A DNA stretch of 64,000 bases, taken from Squalus acanthias. Lineage: Eukaryota. Shown here in pieces: positions 13,615 to 25,761 of the stretch; position 1 is the stretch's first letter, and each line of letters begins with the position of its first letter. Location: NCBI GenBank assembly GCA_030390025.1, contig CM059432.1, forward strand, positions 134,604,001 through 134,668,000, given 5' to 3'. The translations under genes were made by a program, and so were the position numbers. The notes under the pieces were generated by a model. The model was given only the letters and a program-made list of their open reading frames with translations. It ran no database searches and had not been told where the DNA came from.

Positions 13615-14215
13615 AGATATTGTTTGGAGGATATGGTGATAAGGGTGAGATGAAGCAAGGTGGGAGGAGGCTCGTGTGGAGCATAAACACCGGCACAGAG
13701 CAGTTGGGCCGAATGGTCTGTTTCTGTGCTGTAAAACTCTACGTAAAGAATTTTCATGGCTATGGTCATAGAGTCATAATGGCACAGAAGGAGGCCATTC
13801 GGCCCATCGAGTCCGTGCCGGCTCTCTGCAGAGCAATCCAGTCAGTCCCATTTCCCCGCTCTATCCCCGTAGCCCTGCAAGTTTATTTCCCTCAAGTGCC
13901 TATCCAGTCTCCCCTTGAAAACATCGAGTGTCTCCGCTTCCACCACTTCCGTCAGCAGCGAGTTCCAGGTCCTCCCCACTCGCTGCGTAAAAAAGTTTTT
14001 CCTCACATCCCCCCTGTATCTCTTGCCCAAAACCTTAAATCTGTGTCCCCTAGTCCTTGTACCACCAACTAGTGGGAACAGCCTTTCCCTGTCTAGCCTA
14101 TCCAAACCTGACATAATCTTGTCCACCTCTATCAAATCACTCCTCAACCTCCTTTGCCCTAATGAAAACAAATCCAGCTTCTCCAACCTGTCTTTGTAGC
14201 TAAGATCCCCATCCC
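13615..14215. mobile_element. Two CR1 3' ends tail-to-tail (+ about 13615-13750; - about 13768-14215)
   Basis: ORF 13842-14252 LSYKDRLEKLDLFSL...RTRGH...FFTQRV is the CR1 ORF2 C-terminus. Confidence 0.85.
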
Positions 14216-15486
14216 CGGTTGTCTGGATGCAGCTTGTAACTGGAGGATTCACCCCATGGTTTGTTTTTTTATGGTCTGTCGATTCTGGAAGTCATATTTT
14301 GTGCAATCAAAACAACATCCATTTTGTCCAAATGTGAGTTCCAAAACTCCTTTTAGTATAATACATCTTCAGCAGGATCCCATTAACAATGCTTTGACTT
14401 ATTCATTACACCTTTTCTCCTGGCTAGCATTAAAATCAGTTTTAATTGCCTTCAATAGTTATTAAAGCTGATAATTAAAAAATAAAATCTGGTAATAGTG
14501 TTACATATACTCTCGGGCCTTTGAGGCACAACCTTTCGTGGGCCACAATGGCAAGTTTACACTATAAGAGTTATTTATACTGCAATGAAATGTTTCATCT
14601 TTTCAAAGAATATTATTGTAGCAATAATAAAGAATTGTACTTCAAGTTGTGTGCTTTAATCAGCAAAATCATTTTGTACAAGATCTCAAGTACAAAAATG
14701 TTTGCTTGAATAACATTAATTAAGGTAACAGAGCTAAAATTCAACATTTAGCTCAAGCATTTGATAAAATGTTAAATATTCACCTATCATTAGTCTGTCA
14801 AGTATCCCCACACACACAATTATACTGTATAAACGTTAATTACTACAGAAACAAATCTCTCTGAGCAGAATCTTACATTAGGATGCATTGAAATGGAGTA
14901 GGAAGAACAGAGAATACTGAATACTAATTAAACCCACACCAAAATTAATTCCCATGGGCCGTCTTGGTTACATCCACATCAGAATAATGTTGGGAGTGAC
15001 AATTATCATCGGCAAGAGGAACACAGATTGCAAACCCGAGCACATGAAGCTATAATTTTTTTTGAAGAGTGACATACATTAAAACAGGTTGAGCCCCTCA
15101 ATAATGCAGCAGTTAAATTTAACTCAGGCTCCCAATTGCACTGCAGGAGCCGGATTTAAATATGAGGCGGAGCGCGCCTGTCCCAACGGATTCCCCTGTG
15201 ATGAGCGGAACACACGCAGAGTGCAACACCAGCGGGTATAGTAATCAGCTGGGGTTGCATTTTAAACGCGCTCTGTTGACCAGCATGTTTCAACAAGCTG
15301 GTGGGGGGCTGCGTCATGCAGTGGAATAGACATGCTCATTCGGTTATGGGGGTGGCACCAGCTTAAACCCAGGACGCAGGGCAGATGCAGCATGGCTATC
15401 GTCTGACGCAGAGCAGCACCAATGATCCAAGAGCTGACCTTGGCATACAGCTTCGGTATACGAAAGGGAGTGATTTATAATTTTAC

Positions 15487-15870
15487 AATAACAACTGGCA
15501 TTTATACAGCGCCTTTAACGTAGTAAAACGTCCCAAGGTGCTTCACAGGAGCGTTATCAGACAAAATTTGACACCGAGCCACACAAGGAGATATCAGGAC
15601 AGATGGAGGTAGGTTTTAAAGAGAGTCTTAAAGGAAGAGAGAGAGGTGGAGGTGTTTAGGGAGGGAATTCCAGAGTTAAGGGCCTAGGCAGCTGAAAGCA
15701 GGGCTGTCAATGGAGGAGTGAGATAAAATAGGGGATGCGCAAGGGGTCAGAATTGGAGGCGCGCAGTGATCTCGGAGGGTTGTAAGAGGTTACAGAGATA
15801 GGGAGGGGAGAGGCCATGGAGGGATTTGAAAACAAGGATGAGAATTTTAAAATTGAGGTGTTGCCAGACC
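15487..15870 (-). mobile_element. L2 LINE 3' end
   Basis: aacaactggcatttatacagcgcctttaacgtagtaaaacgtccc tail. Confidence 0.8.
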
Positions 15871-16024
15871 GGGAATAATTGCGCAAAGCCTTGAATCCCA
15901 AACCAAATACTTACACAACAGCCAATAATTGTCCAATTAAAGCAGAGTTAGTGTTCATTGTAAATTTATTGCTATTACAAACGTCCGAGTTTGGTTTCAT
16001 GGTAGAGGTTTTATCTGCTCTGAG

Positions 16025-16402
16025 CATTTAGCCCCTCGAGCCTGTTCCACCATTCAATGAGATCATGGCTGATCTGTGACATAACTCCATATACCCATCT
16101 TTGGCCCATATCCTTTAATACCTTTGGTTGACAAAATTCAATCTCCAATTTAAAATTAACAATTGATCTAGCATCAATTGCCGTTTGCGGAAGAGAGTTC
16201 CAAACTTCTACCACCCTTTGCGTGTAGAAGTGTTTTCTAACTTCAGTCCTGAAAGGTCTGGCTCTAATTTTTAGACTATGCCCCCTAGTCCTAGACTCCC
16301 CAACCAGCGGAAATAGTTTCTCTCTAGCTACCGTATCAGTTCCCCTTGAAAACTTCGATCAAATCACCCCTTAATCTTCTAAATTCCAGAGAATACAACC
16401 CT
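16025..16402 (-). mobile_element. CR1 3' fragment
   Basis: ORF 16011-16214 VEVWNSLPQ. Confidence 0.8.
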
Positions 16403-16549
16403 GTGACCCTTGCAAGAACGACATGCGTGTGGATGTTGGGTAAGGAGTGCATGCTCTCTGCGGTTGAATCGTCTATCGACTTGGCAAAGATACTGAAGGG
16501 CACGTGCACCCATGCAATTGTATCCCAGCAAGGAGTCGATGTCTTCGAG

Positions 16550-16960
16550 TAGACGAGGCCTATATTCTCTAGAGTTTAGAAGAATGAGAGGTGATCCCAT
16601 TGAAACATATAAGATTCTGAGAGGGCTTGACAGGGTAGATGCTGAGAGGATGTTTCCTCTGGCTGTAGAGTCTAGAACTAGGGGGCATAGGGTCGGCCAT
16701 TTAGGACTGAGACGAGGAGAAATTTCTTCACTCAGGAGGGTTGTGAATCTTTGGAATTCTCTACCCCAGAGGGCTGTGGAGGCTCAGTCGTTGAGTATAT
16801 TCAAGACAGAGATCGATAGATTTTTGGACTCTAGGGGAATCAAGGGATATGGAGATCAGGCGGGAAAGTGGAGTTGAGGTAGAAGATCAGCCATGATCCT
16901 ATTGAATGGCAGAGCAGGCTCGAGGGGCTGTATGGCCTACTCCAGCTCCTAATTCTTATG
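16550..16960 (+). mobile_element. CR1 3' fragment
   Basis: GLYSLEFRRMRGD...VVNLWNSLPQRAVEAQSL. Confidence 0.9.
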
Positions 16961-17048
16961 TTGTTAGGTCCACAACATGGCATGAAATTAATGTTCTTGT
17001 ATTCATAAAGAGTGATTGTCACTTACTCAAAAAGAGAGTAGAAATAAT

Positions 17049-18795
17049 GGCTGGAATTTTCCGGGAAGGGTGGGGGGGGGGCGGTCAGTGGGCGGGAAAT
17101 TTGATTTTTTGACAGCTCGTCAGGACCCCACTGACAACCCGCCGCAACATGTCTTTCCTAATGTCGGGTCTGTCAGCGCTGAGCAGACTCGACAGGCAGC
17201 AGCGGGCGACCCAATTAAACTCATTAGCATCTAGTTGACAGATGCTTAACAGGCTTTTTTAACTTACCTTTTCACTTTAAGTTCATGGCCACGGGAACCA
17301 CGCTGTTCAGGGACCACGGCTGTCAACCTGAGGCGGGATTTCAGTGGCCATTGCTCCAGCTGATTACTTGACAGCTTCAAATGTACAGTAAAAGCTCCCA
17401 CCTGACAGATCATCACTTCCCTCAGCCACAAGCTGTTTCTCAGTCCATTTCCAGCACAGATTCTGCAGGCTTTCCACTTTCAATCCACTTTTACCTCAGT
17501 GGAAGAACTCTCTCACCATTGACAGAATGCTTCTGTCATCTCTACTTCACCTGCCATCTATTCCATCAACATGGGTACCGTTTATACTCTCTCACCTTGG
17601 TCCTCAGAATCCAACCACGATGAGGCCCAACACCAGCAGCACCAACACTAAACTTTTCCGTAATCACCTGATGCTGCACAGGACAGAGGGCATCAGCACC
17701 CGACCACATTGCTGCCCGGGAGGCCAGGGGTGGCCTCACCATGGCCTGATTTACTTCACTTGACGCTGTACACCCTGGCTGCCACATGATGCACCAGGTT
17801 GGCACACCCCACACCAACGCCATAAAGCATCCCTACAATGTCCAAGCCGTTCTTTTCACACTCATCACCATTGCGGGGGGCACCGTTATGTCTCACCATT
17901 CACTGCAACTCACTAAGCCACTTCCAAAGGTGCACACAAATCTGTCCAAGAACGCAAAGTGTTGCAAGTAAAGGTTTCGATGTTAGAGAGCACATTAACA
18001 GAAACGTTACATGAACATTGGCTGAAACACTCAAGTAGCTACCCTTGTGTGTTGTTAGTTGGTATGATGGCACTAGGATGAGGATGCATGTGAGGGGTGG
18101 CTGGTGAGATGAGAATTTGATAATGTAGATAGAGAGAGAGGGATGGGTAGATGTGCAAGGTAAGTTGGTGTGAGTAAGGATGTGCAGGAGTAGGGTAGGG
18201 AAGGCAGAGTGATGGGGATGTGATGAGAGGCACAGCAGGATGACGTTTCGTGATCTAATGGGATAATTGAAAGGTTTGCGCCACTGCACCCAGGTCCTCC
18301 TGACGACATCCCTGCTTGTGACCTCCTCTGCAATGTGCAACCAGGCTGTGTTGGTCTCCTGGGGAGGTGTCTTCCGCCCATTGGAAGGGAAGAGGACCTC
18401 CCTGCATGCTGTGACTCCCTCCATAAGCATATGGAGGGAGTCATGGGAGAACTTGGGTGCAGCCAGTGATTGTCAGTGTTTGCAGCACCTCAATGCTGTA
18501 GAACACTGACAGTACAGACATTAAAAGAAAGTTGGCCATGGTCCCTTTAAGGAAACAGGCTGATGATGTGTCATGAAATGACGTCACCAGACCCGCTGCC
18601 TCTAATTGGCCCGGGAAACGCACTGGGCGGGCTTAACAAGCCCCATCAATGGAAAATCATTTTCCAGAGTGGGATGGCGCCAGTAGCGGGGTCGGGACCC
18701 TCCACCGACGTCGCCCGCAGGAACAGGTTGGGAAATGGAGCCGCTCCATTATAACTACTCAGCCTACTGAGTGGGGAGAGTTGAAAATTCCTCTC
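17049..18795 (-). mobile_element. Internally deleted PIF/Harbinger transposon with Myb/SANT gene remnant
   Basis: Ends GGCTGGAATTTTC / GAAAATTCC; minus-strand ORF LMEGVTACREVLFP...AWLHIAEEVTSRDVVRRTWVQWRKPFN is a Myb/SANT-like (NAIF1/MSANTD-type) domain; plus-strand IAAREARGGLTMA*F near 17708 resembles a Harbinger transposase C-terminus. Confidence 0.75.
18240..18470 (-). pseudogene. Harbinger Myb/SANT-like DNA-binding protein, first exon remnant
   Basis: Trihelix pattern W..IA..V.......RTW.Q..K.FN. Confidence 0.7.
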
Positions 18796-19318
18796 CAAGC
18801 ATTTTGGACGTAGATCCTTAGTAAGGACTTTTTAAAATATATATTTCAGATTTCCAGCATTCGCAGTATTTTTAAATCTAGCTTTCTTGCAGTAACCTCA
18901 GGAGAATCATGTCACTCAGGCAATTCACCGTCTCTCGCTTATTCCCTGCAGACGTTCAGTATTTATTTCCTGATGAAAACTTGTCACAAGCCTCTAGTTT
19001 CTCGTAAGATCTCACTTTTCTTTCATTTTGAAGATTAGTCAACATATTTATGATGCGCTCTTGTTCTGAACAGTGGTGTGCCAATTGCTTGCACTAACTT
19101 TTTTTTCACATGCATAGGCCCATGGAGTGAGATTCCTCGTTTCTCACATGGATTCATCACAACACTCGCGCTGAGTCTGGTGTTTATTTCTTGTACGGGC
19201 ACGTCGCAATCTCTTAAGTTTCACCTTAGTTTGCCACTGTACTCCTCTGCCATTTTTGGGTTCACTGCAAGGTATAAGTTTCTTGCACTTATTCATTTCA
19301 CCACTACATTAGTTCCTT

Positions 19319-19880
19319 ACAATAACTTGCATTTATGTAACGCCTTTAACGTAGTAAAACGTCCCAAGGAGTTTCACAGGAGTGTTATCAGACTAAATTT
19401 GACACCGAGCCACGCAAGGCGATATTAGGAAAGGTGACCAAAAGCTTGGTCAAAGAGGTAGGTTTTAAGGAGGGTCTTGAAGGAGAGAGGTGGAGAGGTT
19501 TAGGCAGGGAATTCCAGAGCTTAGGGCCCAGGCAACAGAAGGCACGGCCACCAATGGTGGGCGATGGAAAGCTGGGCTGCAGCAGAGACCAGAATTGGAG
19601 GAGTACAGAAATCTCGGAGGATTGTAGGACTGGAGGAGTTACAGGGATATGCGGGGGGGGGGGGGGGGGCGGTGGGCAAGGCCATGGAGGAAATTGAACA
19701 CAAGAATGAGAATTTTAAATTAAATGCGTTGCCGGACCGATAACCAACGTAGGTCAGCGAGCACAGGGATGATGGGTGAACGGGACTTGATGCGAGTTAG
19801 GACACGGGCAGCCGAGTTTTGGATGAGCTCAAGTTTACGGAGGTTGCAAGGTGGGAGGCCGGCGAAGAGAGCAATGGAAT
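19319..19880 (-). mobile_element. L2 LINE 3' portion
   Basis: ORF 19720-19917 GLPPCNLRKLELIQNSAARVLTR...PVLADLRWL is the L2 ORF2 C-terminus, plus the L2 tail. Confidence 0.9.
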
Positions 19881-20035
19881 AGGGACCGTTAAAAGAAACA
19901 TGCTGGAATACAGACATGTATTTTGTGCAGGAGTAAGTGAAAGGATCGAAACCTCTGATTCAAGATCGTGGCCCAGGAGATGATGAAACTCGTGAAAAAA
20001 TAGGAGCTTTCCAGAAATTTCACAAAGCAGGACAG

Positions 20036-20480
20036 AAAGAGCTTGCATTTATATAGCGCCTTTCATGACCTCAGGACAATGAAGTACTTGTAAAGTGTAG
20101 TTACTCTTGTAATGTAGGAAACGTGGCAGCCAATTTGCACATAGCAACGTGTAAATTGGTCCCACAAACAGCATTGAGATAATGACCAGACAATCTATTT
20201 TAGTGATACTGATTGAAGGATAAATATTGGCCAGGAATGGGGAAAATTACCCCGCTCTTCTTCGAAATAGTGCCATGGGATGTTTGATGTCTACCTGAGA
20301 GGGCAGACGGGGCCTCCGTTTAATGTCTCATCTGAAAGACGGCACCTCCGACAGTGCAGCACTCCCTCAGTACTGCACTGGAAGTGTCAGGCTGGCTTGT
20401 GTGCTAAAGATTTGAGTGAGATTTGAATCCACAACCTTCTGACTCAGAGGAAAGAGGGCTACCATTGAGCCATAGCTGAG
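20036..20480 (-). mobile_element. Deu-domain SINE
   Basis: Reverse complement of the SINE head, core and tail. Confidence 0.85.
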
Positions 20481-21881
20481 TCCTTAAAAATATCCTAGAA
20501 GCATGCAGTTTAAGAGACTAAGCGGACGTCAGGAAAGTACATTAAGCGGAAAGTGCAAGACCTATTATGAGCACAACTAGTCAATCTACCTTCATCTTTT
20601 GTTGTGGGATGAAGAGATCCCTAATGGCCTTCAGCATCCCTCTGTATTAATGAATATTACGTCAATGTCTAACCAGCATCCTTTCAATTAGTAACAAAAC
20701 AAAATGCTGCAAGATACATGAACTTCTAACTCCTCAGAAAATAAAAGGCTTCACTTTGAGCTTTTTCCCCCTCTGACTTTTTTTTAGATATGTTCCAGGA
20801 AAACAGCAGTAGGCAAAGTGCACAGAGAAGGTCCTAATTTCATAATAGATGAAGAGTGGTCACAATCTCTGTCAAGACCTGGAGCAAATTTTTTTTAAAA
20901 AATTATGTTGCAGGGGGATTGTCACGGTTTTGGGGAGGGAACTATCCCACAGGAGTTGCATATGACTTTTGTCAGTGTGTAATCATGAAGTCTTCATTTT
21001 GTGATGCTGTTTATAAAACAAGTGAGATAAAGATGACCTAAAACTTAACAAGGCCAAAGGTGCCACTTTGAAACAAGTTAATTATGTTGCAATCTTTGAT
21101 ATTATTAAATACTAATTTTAATCTTTCAAAGATCATTGAACTTTTTAAATTTTTTTAGATTAATTATAACGGACTTAGTATCTCATTACTGTTGTACTTT
21201 GCTATTTCTCTTTTCATGCAGGGCAGCTCTGCTCATTAACTCATTAATTCTACTCAGTTGCGCACTGAAGTAGCCTTGCTTGAGTTATTATATTAAAGCA
21301 ATATCATAGCTTTCATATTAAAAGTGACGCTGCAGCCATTATTCTCTACCAATAAAAGACACTATTCTGAGAAAACAAATAAGGCACAAATACCAGGATC
21401 ATTAACAAGACAAAATTTAACAGGTAGCAGATACAAGCCTAGAAATTCCAGTGCACCGAAAACCTGCCGGTGCCACTGCGAGCCACAGTTAACGGCCGCC
21501 CGAATTCAGAGCGCAGGCAGCACGGGTATTTTGGTGCTGCCTGCTAATTTAAATTAGCGCCGTGCTAAACTTACCTCTTTTTCCAGCGCTACTCTCAGCA
21601 GGAGGCCCAACGTAGCATGGCTGTAGCGCCTCTGAAGCAAGAGCGTCATCTTAAAGCTAGCCTGTCATTTTAGAAAGCAGTGTCGGTCCCTTAAAGGGGA
21701 ACTGCCTTCTAAAATGAAAAAAATAAAAATCATTTAAAAATAGGCAGATTTCAGCCCTTAGAGCTCAACTGCCATCTTAAAAAAAATCAAAAATAACTCC
21801 CAAATGGCAGTCTGCAGCTCTTAAAGCTGAATTGCCTTCCATACCTAAAAAAGTGGGAGAAGTGCTTCAGTACTAACACAA

Positions 21882-22560
21882 ATGGCTCAACAATGCAGGG
21901 AAGGGGCCCCCAGGGTCTTGCACGTAGCACTCCAGATTTGTGCAGAGGGCCAACACTGCAACAGAGGTCCTCTACCCTCAGGAGCCAGGAGGTCCTCCAG
22001 AAAGAAGGATGTGGAACCAGATCACCGAGGCCGTCACTGCCAGCAGTGTCGCCCCCAGGACCTGGCTCCAGTGGACAAAGAAGCTTCATGACCTCAGACC
22101 AGTGGTCAAGGTCAGTGAATGCATCTTCAAATGCCGGCTCCTACCAACTTCATCACTAGCCTCGCACGCTGCTCATTGCACGACCCCCCTCCCTGCATCA
22201 CTCACCTACCAACAATCTCTACCAAACACGAGGCACACCTCTCATTCATAGCTTCACCTCACCCCCTTGGAGGAGACGGTGCTGGCCATTCTTGGTTGGG
22301 GCATGGCTGAGCCCTTGGCCAGCCGTGGGGCTGAAAGAATACAAGATGCTGGTATCCGCATACGTTATCCTCCTTCTTGCATGCACCACTTGCTTTTCTG
22401 TCCTCCCCTCACCACAACTCCACCCTTCCTAATTTCACACACCCAAGAAATGCAGCCTGCCCAGCCAGTGGTTGACCAGGAAGAGGGAGAGGAGAGTGAA
22501 GAAGAATAATAATAAGAAGAAACACTGTCACTCAATTTGACACTCCCAGCCTCCAGCTCC
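21882..22560 (+). pseudogene. Harbinger Myb/SANT-like gene remnant
   Basis: Frameshifted MAQQCREGAPR.../EVLYP...RTWLQW.KK.HDL with splice donors at about 22111 and 22352. Confidence 0.7.
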
Positions 22561-22990
22561 TCGAGGTCGTCTTGTAAGGTCATCTGCAGTGTCCCCCACT
22601 GAAAGTCAGCAGCCTTCCACCAGCCATGCTACAGCCACTGGGGTAGCACTGCGTGACATCAGTAGGATAAGCAAAGGCACACACAAGACAGGTCAGTAAG
22701 AGAATGCACAAGGGTGATTAGTTGATTTCTTGATGTCATATTGGATGGATAGATGTATAAAGTTGGATTGGAAATTATGCTTTGTAGTGGCTTGTATTTC
22801 ATCATTGTGGCCAAGAGGACGCTGTGATGGTCAGTAACAGAGGGAAGGTAAGGTGTGGGACTAATGTTGAAAGGGGAATTGGGGTTGTGGTCACTTGCAT
22901 CGCAGCCGGATGATTCCATCCCGGATATCCCAACCAGAAAGGGGCTGTCTGGGTTGTATCCTTCCTTTCGCTTCCTCTTCCCTCTGTAAG

Positions 22991-23130
22991 TGGATGCTGG
23001 AAATCTGAAATAAAAGCAGAAAATGCTGGAAATACTCAGCAGATCAGGCAGCATCGCGAACTGAAATGTTAACTCTGTTTCTCTCCACGGATGCTGCCTG
23101 ACCTGCTGAGTATTTCCAGCATTTTCTGTC
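22991..23130. mobile_element. Penelope-like terminal repeat remnant, inverted arrangement
   Basis: gaaaatgctggaaatactcagcag...ctgctgagtatttccagcattttc. Confidence 0.75.
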
Positions 23131-23822
23131 TTCGCAGAGGCCTTCCTTTACCATTCGAGGCCCTGCAAGCGTCCAGCAGCACTCCCTGCACGCGTCCAGC
23201 AGCACTCCCTGCACACTTAAAAAAAACTTTTAACATCTATTGTACCAAGCCACCACTTCAATAAAATATTAAAAAATCCAGTCCAAACTTACCTGAAAGA
23301 TGTGTGTGTTACTTTAAGCAGCTTTTCTGAGCGTGCTTAAGACCCAGCGCAAAGGTCGAAGTTTGCAGAGTGTGGCGTCAAATCAGCGTGCTTTGCTGAT
23401 TTGCATTTCTAGGGCCAGCTCTGTTAACGGCAGCGCTATGGCCATCACCAAAATGGCGGCAGCTGAGTCCCGCGCCAGGGGCGGGCAGAAGTGAGGCGGC
23501 CACCATTTTTAGTCAAGAAACGGGCCTTAACGGAGAGCGGTCAGTCCACGAATTTCTAGGCCACAGACTCTACAAAGTGAAACCTATTACAAAACATAAT
23601 ATCCTGACGGTAAACGTTCTGATTCAGCAAAACCAAATTTAGGCCATCATACATAGCACTAGCTGTAGGGGCCTGAAGCTGCTTTGGGCTCAGAATTCGT
23701 TTGATCATCCAGGTGCTTCAGATCTCTCAAGTCTAACCAACAGATACCAGAGCTTTTACATAAAAAGAGAAAATGCTGGAAATACTCAGCAGGTCAGGCA
23801 GCATCTGTGGAGAGAGAAACAG

Positions 23823-23859
23823 AGTTAACGTTTCAGGTCGATGACCCTTCGTCAGAACT
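23823..23859 (-). ncRNA. Minimal type I hammerhead ribozyme motif
   Basis: AGTT-CTGACGA-AGGGTC-ATC-GACCT-GAAA-CGTT-AACT: stem I AGTT/AACT, core CUGANGA...GAAA, palindromic AACGTT in place of stem III. Confidence 0.75.
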
Positions 23860-23896
23860 GTTCTGACGAAAGGGTCATCGACCTGAAACGTTAACT
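23860..23896 (+). ncRNA. Minimal hammerhead ribozyme motif
   Basis: GTT-CTGACGA-AAGGGTC-ATC-GACCT-GAAA-CGTT-AAC. Confidence 0.7.
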
Positions 23897-24123
23897 GTTT
23901 CTCTCTCCACAGATGCTGCCTGACCTGCTGAATATTTCCAGCATTTTCTCTTTTTATGTCAGATTTCCAGCATCCGCAGTATTTTGCTTTTGTACCAGAG
24001 CTTTTACCTTTGATAGCTTGAGCCTTAAACCTTCTACATCATTCTTCTTTTATCAAGAGAATCTTAAACTTACCATCCACTCTAACCTTGAATGGAACCT
24101 TCATATTTCCTCCATTGCCAAAG

Positions 24124-24305
24124 TTTCCCAGCTTTACCCTGGCCTTAAATCTATTTGATTTCCGGCTCTTCCCAGTTCTGATGAAAGGTCATCGACCTGA
24201 AACGTTAACTCTCTTTCTCTCTCCACGGATGCTGCCTGGCCTGCTGAGTTTTTCCAGCGTTTTCTGTTGTTGTTTCGGATTTCCAGCATCCGCAGTATTT
24301 TGCTA
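24124..24305 (+). mobile_element. Penelope-like 3' terminal fragment
   Basis: Nearly identical reverse complement of 37640-37790. Confidence 0.85.
24174..24210 (+). ncRNA. Minimal hammerhead ribozyme motif
   Basis: AGTT-CTGATGA-A-AGGTC-ATC-GACCT-GAAA-CGTT-AACT; canonical CUGAUGA core and perfect stem II. Confidence 0.8.
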
Positions 24306-25761
24306 TCGTTGCCTTTCAGAATCTTGGTTTCCTTTTTCATGCCATCAACACTTGCTAACTCTCGATGCAGTCCTAATCCATCAAAAACCTGAATACTTTT
24401 CCCATATCTCTCATGTCTTTACTCATCAATACAATTGTTGGTTCTCCTATGAGCTTTCCTCTCTTGTCCCTAAGTGCCAAGTATGCCATCGAACATTCTT
24501 ATATCCTCATCGTGTCCAAATCAAGAACCTATAGTCCTAATCATGTTTTTTCATAGGGCCTTTAAACAGTGGAATTCCTTAACTTCTTTAGTCTTTCCTT
24601 CTTCCTACACGTTTCAGACTTTTAAAAACCAAAGCTTAAAAGGGTTGCCTAATCATTACTTACTAAGTTACTTCATCTTCTCTCGTACTCTTTTCAATCT
24701 TGATGGGGCCCTGCACTATGGGCTCTTTGCTTTCTCAAATAGAACTTCCTTAAATAATCTAATGGTAACATATGTTCTTCTAAGTTTTTATCACTTTAGC
24801 AGAATAATACACTGTACATAACACGGCAAAAGACTCCTCTCTTTATAAAACAGCTCATCACCCGACTTACTGCAAGTAACACCATGGGAGATCCACTAAT
24901 AAAACATACATCTCACAACTGCCCCTGATTTTGCTCATGGTAAATTGGATAGCTGTTTTATAAACACGGGATTTATGCCATGTTGTGGAAAATTATTCAG
25001 CTACTAAGATGAAGCTGTGTTCCTTTAAGGTCACAAAATCTAACTGCTGTTAAGTAAACAATGGCTAAGGTCATTCAGAGTTAAATTGCTGTTCAGGGTG
25101 TAGGTTGCAACCCTGCTTTGCTTCTATTTTGTTTGAATGCAAGGCTGCAGACATCCGTTCTTAGATAATTTTCTCTACACATTCCAAATGACTGACTTTG
25201 GTTCTTCATACTGTTCTTAAAGTGTGAGACAGAATTTTAAGCGCAACATGAAATATGATAAGGCAGGAAACGGTGGCATTATATATATATATATTTATTT
25301 ATTCACTAGCTCCTTAAGCATTTTATCTTATAATAATGTATTTTGAAGACATCAGCTTTGTTTTCTCAGAATGCTTCAACATTTGAAACACCCTTTTCTT
25401 TGTTTCTATAAACAAGATAGCTGGATTCTTTAGTAATCCCATTCATTCAGTTAGTGAATTATTTTGTTGCCTTTACAGGCAAGCTGGAATGATTCTCTCC
25501 CTTCCCTAGCATCTGCTCCTAGATCAGATACAACAATGTTTAGCAACATTGCAGGACACTCTTAGTTCTGCTGACGGTACAGCCTCAAATCCAGCTTAAG
25601 AAAAGCAATTGTCTTTGGGCCGTATCACATACTTATCAGGTTAAAAGGCATGACTCCCCTAAATTAAGCTATTTCTACTGCACTGGTTCACAAGAGGTTT
25701 ATTTATCTCTAAATACAACAGAATGCAGGGTGTCCCTGGTACAATGCTCTATTTACTCAAC

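Larger units (their letters stand above)
21436..23562 (+). mobile_element. Non-autonomous PIF/Harbinger element with multi-exon Myb/SANT pseudogene
   Basis: TIRs AGCCTAGAAATTC / GAATTTCTAGGCC, TSD ACA; EVLYP...MWNQITEAVTASSVAPRTWLQWTKKLHDL then donor AAG|gtcagt, a later LTPLEETVLAILG and an acidic segment. Confidence 0.85.
23760..23992. mobile_element. Palindromic Penelope-like mini-element (inverted pseudo-LTRs)
   Basis: Arms about 23758-23858 and 23860-23959; 15-bp TSD TACCAGAGCTTTTAC at 23745-23759 and 23993-24007. Confidence 0.9.
24040..24730 (+). mobile_element. Ancient LINE RT C-terminal remnant interrupted by a Penelope fragment
   Basis: LTIHSNLEWNLHISSIAKV / LGFL / PEYFSHI motifs typical of the CR1/L2/Jockey RT thumb region. 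Confidence 0.55.

Noticed and set aside
22440..22520. Acidic stretch as a possible CTDP1 exon
   Set aside because: Wrong strand, and it lies inside the Harbinger Myb gene remnant.
23168..23213. Tandem repeat gcgtccagcagcactccctgcac x2 as a CRISPR-like array
   Set aside because: Only two adjacent units, no spacers, eukaryotic context; simple slippage duplication.
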